Shown here: in pieces, positions 59,441-64,000 of the stretch
How the letters are laid out: the number at the start of each line of letters is the position of its first letter
Position numbering within the stretch: position 1 is the first letter of the stretch
DNA from: Nitrospiraceae bacterium
GTDB taxonomy: Bacteria; Nitrospirota; Nitrospiria; Nitrospirales; Nitrospiraceae
Assembly: GCA_050246315.1 (NCBI GenBank)
Contig: JBFWWG010000002.1
Location: 268,811-332,810 of the forward strand
Direction of reading: 5' to 3'
Length of the DNA stretch: 64,000 nucleotides
Translations under genes and position numbers: made by a program
Notes under the pieces: generated by a model
What the model saw: the letters and a program-made list of their open reading frames with translations, nothing else
Databases searched by the model: none
Told to the model about the DNA's origin: nothing

Positions 59441-60550
59441 TCAGCGCATGATCACTTTTCCGGTCTGGCTCCAATAATAGTAAATGGAGAAGTTCGGATA
59501 GATCGCATCAAGGGTATTCTGTCCTGCAACCGTGAATAAACAGCCGACGGCTCCTACCCAATGTTCTCCGAGCCGATACTGGATCGTCGGTTGAACCCCG
59601 AGCGAATTGAACCCGTGACGCCCGCCGACATTAATATCATTGCCATCAGCCCGCCAAGGGAGTCCATGGAATCCCACGAACTCAAGGTTGTAGCCTAAGC
59701 CCCGCTTGTCGTCGAGGATGTGTTCGACGATCAGGCGCGTGTTGACGATATCGGCTGGATAGGTCGTCTGCCCCGCATCGCTGCCGGGAAAGTGGTACGA
59801 ATAGAAGACGCCTCCGCTCACGCGAAACGGTTGCAGGTTCTTCCGAAACATCACCCCTTCCGTCCACGTTAGCGATCCGAAACGGGAGGCCGGAAGTCGC
59901 CCCAGCGGTGCAAATCCGCCTGGGGGACTTTCACTCCCTGTCACCCAACGACTGGTCGGTAACACAATCATGTTGAATGTCGTAATGGAGGGACGCCACC
60001 CATCTGGATCCTGAATAATCGGTCGGTATTTCAAGTACACCTGCGTATCGCCAAGGCCGGAATCTGTCGTCCACGGTCCCCCTTTCCCCTGATTAAACTG
60101 CGCGCTGGAATTCGCCCACCAGAATGAGCCCGAGAGACCGACATTGAGTTCTAAGTGGCTCGTCAGGCCATAGGCCATCGTGACGACTGGTGCTATCTGA
60201 TACGAGTGGACGGGTGACGGAGTGCTCTTGGTAGTCAGATCGTTTCCAAATCGTTTCTCACTGATCTGAGAAAATAAGAATGGATGGAAGGTGAACTGTC
60301 CCTTCGGATGGATGTCAACGCCACTAATAAAGATCGGCCCGTTCGAGAGCGGATTCCAGCTTTTCCGGTACTTTTGCATCTCTTGATCGGTGGGCACCCA
60401 ATCCAGCGCATGTGCCACCGCTACTCCCGTTAGCTCGAGACAAAGTATGATCCAGAGGATACACGCCACCTTGGGAAAGCATGTCCGGAGGACGAGGTCC
60501 TGTGGTGTCCGGGTGTGCAGACCTCTCCATCCATAAGGCTGTTGCTTCAT
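59441..60550 (-). CDS. exported protein, probable outer-membrane beta-barrel channel
   Basis: Signal peptide ending AHA; GLGD...LKYR motif; aromatic-rich amphipathic strands. Confidence 0.6.
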   Translation of the reverse strand: MKQQPYGWRGLHTRTPQDLVLRTCFPKVACILWIILCLELTGVAVAHALDWVPTDQEMQKYRKSWNPLSNGPIFISGVDIHPKGQFTFHPFLFSQISEKRFGNDLTTKSTPSPVHSYQIAPVVTMAYGLTSHLELNVGLSGSFWWANSSAQFNQGKGGPWTTDSGLGDTQVYLKYRPIIQDPDGWRPSITTFNMIVLPTSRWVTGSESPPGGFAPLGRLPASRFGSLTWTEGVMFRKNLQPFRVSGGVFYSYHFPGSDAGQTTYPADIVNTRLIVEHILDDKRGLGYNLEFVGFHGLPWRADGNDINVGGRHGFNSLGVQPTIQYRLGEHWVGAVGCLFTVAGQNTLDAIYPNFSIYYYWSQTGKVIMR

Positions 60551-60663
60551 TCAATGCTCGCCTATGACATTGAGATATGTTGATGAGTCCATGATTTGAC
60601 CGCTATCAAACCCCGCCACGCGTGTCTCTACCACGCTACACCGTGACCAAACTGTAAGATCGC

Positions 60664-61797
60664 TTACACAAGCCTGCTGAGCAGATGATAGGCGAGTGCG
60701 GAAAGAAGTCCGGAAGCAGGAAGCGTGACGACCCACGCGAGGACCATGTCACGCACCGTGGGCCATCGAACGGCGCTGACGCCTTTCAACAATCCAATGC
60801 CAATGATCGCCGAACTGCTGACGTGGGTCGTAGAAACCGGCAACCCCATCACTGCGGAGACCATCACCAGCGAGGAGGTCGTGAGATTCGCAGATAACCC
60901 TTCATCGTGATCCATGCGTGTGACTTTCTCGGCAAGGACTTGGGTAACACGGAGTCCTGCTAGGTAGCTGCCGACGCCCATCGCCACCGCCACGCCGATG
61001 AGTACCGCACCTTGAGAGGCCGCGCTGGGCCAAGTCGCAACAGCGCTTCCAAGCAGCAACATTGCCGCGATCTTGGGGGCATCGTTCGTTCCACGAGCCA
61101 ACGAGGCCAATCCGCTTGAGCCCCAATGGATACTGTCCAACCCAACAACGAGCCCGCTCAGTCCTGCCCGGTCGCACTGAACCGGCACGGCCATCACGGG
61201 TTGTCCCAGAGCTGCGGTCTGAAACAGAGTACGCGTGGCCCCCTGTGCATCGATCATGACCAACGCCTTGGCCGTCGGCATCACACAAAGACAGGCTCCT
61301 TCCCATCGAGCCGCGAGCGTGCGGACAAGAGGATGCACCAGGACAGAAACCGTCAAGGCCAGCACGGGACTGAGGATGAGCGGCAAGACAATCTTCTTTC
61401 CAATCCCTTCCCACAGGAGCCCCTCACTTCCAAACGCGATAAGGCCGACCCCGACGATGGCGCCGGTCAAAGCATGGGTCGTGGAGACAGGCAGGCCGCT
61501 CCAGGAGGCGACCAGCACCCAAAGGACCGCGCCGGTGAGCACGGCGGCAGCCAGTATGGGCGATGCGGGGGTGCCGGGTGCCAGCAGTCCTTGACTGAAG
61601 GTCTTCACCATTGCGGTGGCTACCAGTCCCGAGAGCCCAGCGCCGATCACGGTCCAGACTGTCCCCCAGAGGATCGCGGTCCGGTAGTCGGTGACCCCGC
61701 TGCCGACGAGCGTGGCGATGGCTTTGGACACGTCGTTCGCACCGTTGGCGAAGGCCAATAACAACACAAGGACGAACGCGAGAATCGATAGGTCCAT
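60664..61797 (-). CDS. PiT-family inorganic phosphate transporter
   Basis: NGANDV, GLPVSTTH twice, GTNDAPK. Confidence 0.9.
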   Translation of the reverse strand: MDLSILAFVLVLLLAFANGANDVSKAIATLVGSGVTDYRTAILWGTVWTVIGAGLSGLVATAMVKTFSQGLLAPGTPASPILAAAVLTGAVLWVLVASWSGLPVSTTHALTGAIVGVGLIAFGSEGLLWEGIGKKIVLPLILSPVLALTVSVLVHPLVRTLAARWEGACLCVMPTAKALVMIDAQGATRTLFQTAALGQPVMAVPVQCDRAGLSGLVVGLDSIHWGSSGLASLARGTNDAPKIAAMLLLGSAVATWPSAASQGAVLIGVAVAMGVGSYLAGLRVTQVLAEKVTRMDHDEGLSANLTTSSLVMVSAVMGLPVSTTHVSSSAIIGIGLLKGVSAVRWPTVRDMVLAWVVTLPASGLLSALAYHLLSRLV

Positions 61798-61807
61798 CGT
61801 ATTCGGC

Positions 61808-62863
61808 CTACTCGCTCGGCCCTGCCGTTGTGACCGCTCCGCCGCAGGACGAGCCGGCACCAGCCGTACAGCCGTAACAGTGGTTCCCTGTCACAATCCT
61901 GCGGGTGCCCAGGCGGGTTGGATCGAAGTCACGAATATGCCGTGGCATCCCCTCGTCGAGCGGCAGATCGAGCATCTGATTGAAGTCGCAATCATACAGG
62001 GTGCCGTCCCATCCCACGGAAATCATCGACCGGCACATGACGCCGGCAGCAGCGGCCGGGTTGAACGCATTGGCCAGTCGTTCCATGTAAGCTTCGTAGT
62101 TGCCACTCTCGATAAGGAACTCCAGGAATCGACTGATGGGCATATTCGTGATGGTGTAGAGGTGGTTGAATTCGATCCCATGGCGAGTCCGGAGCTCTTT
62201 CCTGAACTGCGCTTCAATCGCCTCTTGCTTCGGCGGGAGAAAGGCACCCACTGGATTGTAGACAAGATTCAAATCGAGGCCGCTGCCAGGCCGCCCATAG
62301 CCGAGTCGGTTCAGGAGGCGTAATGCCTCGATCGACTTCTCGAAAATACCCTCGCCTCGCTGGGCGTCAGTCTGGCTGGCACGGTAGGAGGGAAGCGAGG
62401 CAATGATTTCGACGCGGTAGGTGGCTAGAAACTTGGCAAGATTCACCTGGGAGGGAAGGAGTAACACGGAGAGATTGCAGCGATCCACCACATGACGGCC
62501 AAGTCCACGAGCCTGTTCGACCAGCCAGGGAAAATTGGGGTTCAGCTCCGGCGCGCCGCCGGTGATATCGAGGGTTGCAATGTCGGTCCTGGCCAACGCT
62601 GCGATACAGAGTTCGGCGGTCTCCTTCGACATCGTTTCGGTGCGATCCGGCCCTGCATCGACGTGACAATGCCGGCAGGTCTGGTTGCAGAGCTTGCCGA
62701 CGTTGATCTGAAAGACTGCGAGCCCCGTGGCCTGGAGCGGGAACAAGCCGGCCTGATTGAGTCGCCTTTCAAATGGGGGACAACCGATCGTTCCTGTGAG
62801 CAACCTGAGCTGTTCAGCGGGAGTGGCAAGCGGATTGTGTCGTCCGAGCAAGGTCAGCGGCAT
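61808..62863 (-). CDS. arsS: arsenosugar biosynthesis radical SAM protein ArsS
   Basis: LCNQTCRHCHVDAGP, YDCDFNQ, HCYGCTAGAGSSCGG. Confidence 0.88.
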   Translation of the reverse strand: MPLTLLGRHNPLATPAEQLRLLTGTIGCPPFERRLNQAGLFPLQATGLAVFQINVGKLCNQTCRHCHVDAGPDRTETMSKETAELCIAALARTDIATLDITGGAPELNPNFPWLVEQARGLGRHVVDRCNLSVLLLPSQVNLAKFLATYRVEIIASLPSYRASQTDAQRGEGIFEKSIEALRLLNRLGYGRPGSGLDLNLVYNPVGAFLPPKQEAIEAQFRKELRTRHGIEFNHLYTITNMPISRFLEFLIESGNYEAYMERLANAFNPAAAAGVMCRSMISVGWDGTLYDCDFNQMLDLPLDEGMPRHIRDFDPTRLGTRRIVTGNHCYGCTAGAGSSCGGAVTTAGPSE

Positions 62864-62912
62864 CTCTCTCTCCGTGAGCAAGCGTGAAGCACCTCAGAAA
62901 CCCACCATGGCG

Positions 62913-63269
62913 TCAGCGGGTGTGCCCGATGCCGGCCAACACCGTTTCCGGAAATCGCAACTCGCAGCATCCGAAGTTGAGCGCCCGTCCTTGCCGATTG
63001 GCGAGCGCGCGTTGGACCCTCGGCAGGATGCGATAACAGACCTGCTTGCCGTCCCGATGTCCCTCAACCAATCCGGCATCCCGGAGAATCCGGAGATGAT
63101 GGGAGATGTGCGGTTGCGGACAGCGTAATTGCCGGACGAGGTCCGTCACGCATTTCTCCTCGACCAGTAACGACTCCAGGATACGCAGCCGGGTGTGGTC
63201 CGCCAGGGCCTTGAGCATCGTGGCGCATTGGTCCGCGGTGCGCATGTCGCCGGGTGAGACGGGCTTCAT
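62913..63269 (-). CDS. ArsR/SmtB-family repressor
   Basis: LKALAD.TRL.I, SHHLRILR.AGLV; C-terminal GCC; TGATG coupling to the upstream gene. Confidence 0.9.
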   Translation of the reverse strand: MKPVSPGDMRTADQCATMLKALADHTRLRILESLLVEEKCVTDLVRQLRCPQPHISHHLRILRDAGLVEGHRDGKQVCYRILPRVQRALANRQGRALNFGCCELRFPETVLAGIGHTR

Positions 63270-64000
63270 CAGCAGCAACCTCCATCGGGTGAACAGGTGA
63301 CCTCGCCGCCATTCACCCGCTGGCCCGTGCGGTTGATGATGGCGAAATGCGGAGCATATCCGTCGGTTGCCAATACCTTGAGGGTCTTGGAGCAGACTTC
63401 CAGCGGTTCGCCCCGTCGGTAGACGTGATGATCGTCATCAGCAGCTTCAAGAAATGGGCCCGCCAGCAGGGCAAAGTCTCCTTGCCACATGCAAGGGGCT
63501 TGCGTGGGCAACACCGCCCACCAGCGCGCATCCGCTCGGTCGAGCACGATCGGTTCATGCGACAGCACAAAATACGGGGCGAGCGGAGGCTGACTCAGCA
63601 GCAGAGCCGTGTCCGGCTCGATCGGTTGCGGAATACCTCGCTGATAGCTGGCTCCACGTTCATCCACCACAAGGCTAAACGGTCCGCGAAGTGTCGCATA
63701 GCGAACGGTGGCTCCCATGGAATGCGGTGGGAGTTTGTACCCGGTCAGGGTTACTGAGAAAAAGTGAATCCCATCGATGACTTGCCAGGGGGAGAAGCTG
63801 ACAAGATGGATACCGAGAAACCCCGCTTCCACCATGCCGGCGATATAGTCCGCCAGCGTCAACGCGCCAGAGAGACACGCACCCCATTTCTCAGCATCGT
63901 GCACCAGGTATTGCGGGACGGTTTGGTCTGACACGATATCGGAAATCGTAAAACGCCCACCCAGTTTCGTGACGCGGAACATCTCACGGAAGACCTTGCG
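63269..64000 (-). CDS. ArsM-like SAM methyltransferase, C-terminal part (5' end outside the window)
   Basis: EMFRV.K.GGRF.ISDIV, WG.CLSGAL, terminal GGCC; arsS context. Confidence 0.75.
   Translation of the reverse strand, partial: RKVFREMFRVTKLGGRFTISDIVSDQTVPQYLVHDAEKWGACLSGALTLADYIAGMVEAGFLGIHLVSFSPWQVIDGIHFFSVTLTGYKLPPHSMGATVRYATLRGPFSLVVDERGASYQRGIPQPIEPDTALLLSQPPLAPYFVLSHEPIVLDRADARWWAVLPTQAPCMWQGDFALLAGPFLEAADDDHHVYRRGEPLEVCSKTLKVLATDGYAPHFAIINRTGQRVNGGEVTCSPDGGCC

Noticed and set aside
61808..62863. ArsS as a selenoprotein
   Set aside because: The GSSxGG position is TGC (Cys) and the ORF has no internal stop
1..64000. CRISPR array, integrase/transposase gene, rRNA or prophage
   Set aside because: No regular repeat-spacer array and no recombinase or phage motifs recognised

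Overview
GC-rich bacterial chromosome segment, probably Nitrospira/Nitrospirota (inferred from gene content and repeat style, not from a search). Positions 1-39 kb are mostly core genes: hemW, clpS, an HD-GYP protein, a degraded Phd/RelE pair, a dual ubiquitin-like sulfur-carrier operon (thiS-cysK-E1-thrC-moaD-NIL-E1-JAMM), def, a CzcCBA-type RND pump, potABCD, glgC, a Ski2/HelY-like helicase split into two genes in reversed order, a BACON/FN3 surface protein and tRNA-Arg(ACG). After the tRNA lies an accessory region marked by several tRNA-fragment/att-arm scars. A ~19 kb block between two diverged ~168 bp direct repeats holds three minus-strand operons. All three share one promoter architecture (sigma54 -24/-12 site plus three CGA-N4-TCG boxes), and a Crp/Fnr regulator and a sensor-less sigma54 activator lie among them. 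The most interesting candidate system is in this block: a lipid-anchored exported protein with a complete kinase motif set (K172, E186, HxDxKxxN, DF), an Omp85 barrel, a PAP2 phosphatase, MlaA and an Npt-type ATP/ADP translocase. This suggests an undescribed cell-envelope phosphorylation system supplied with exported ATP. The window ends in an arsM-arsR-arsS-PiT arsenosugar-type cluster.
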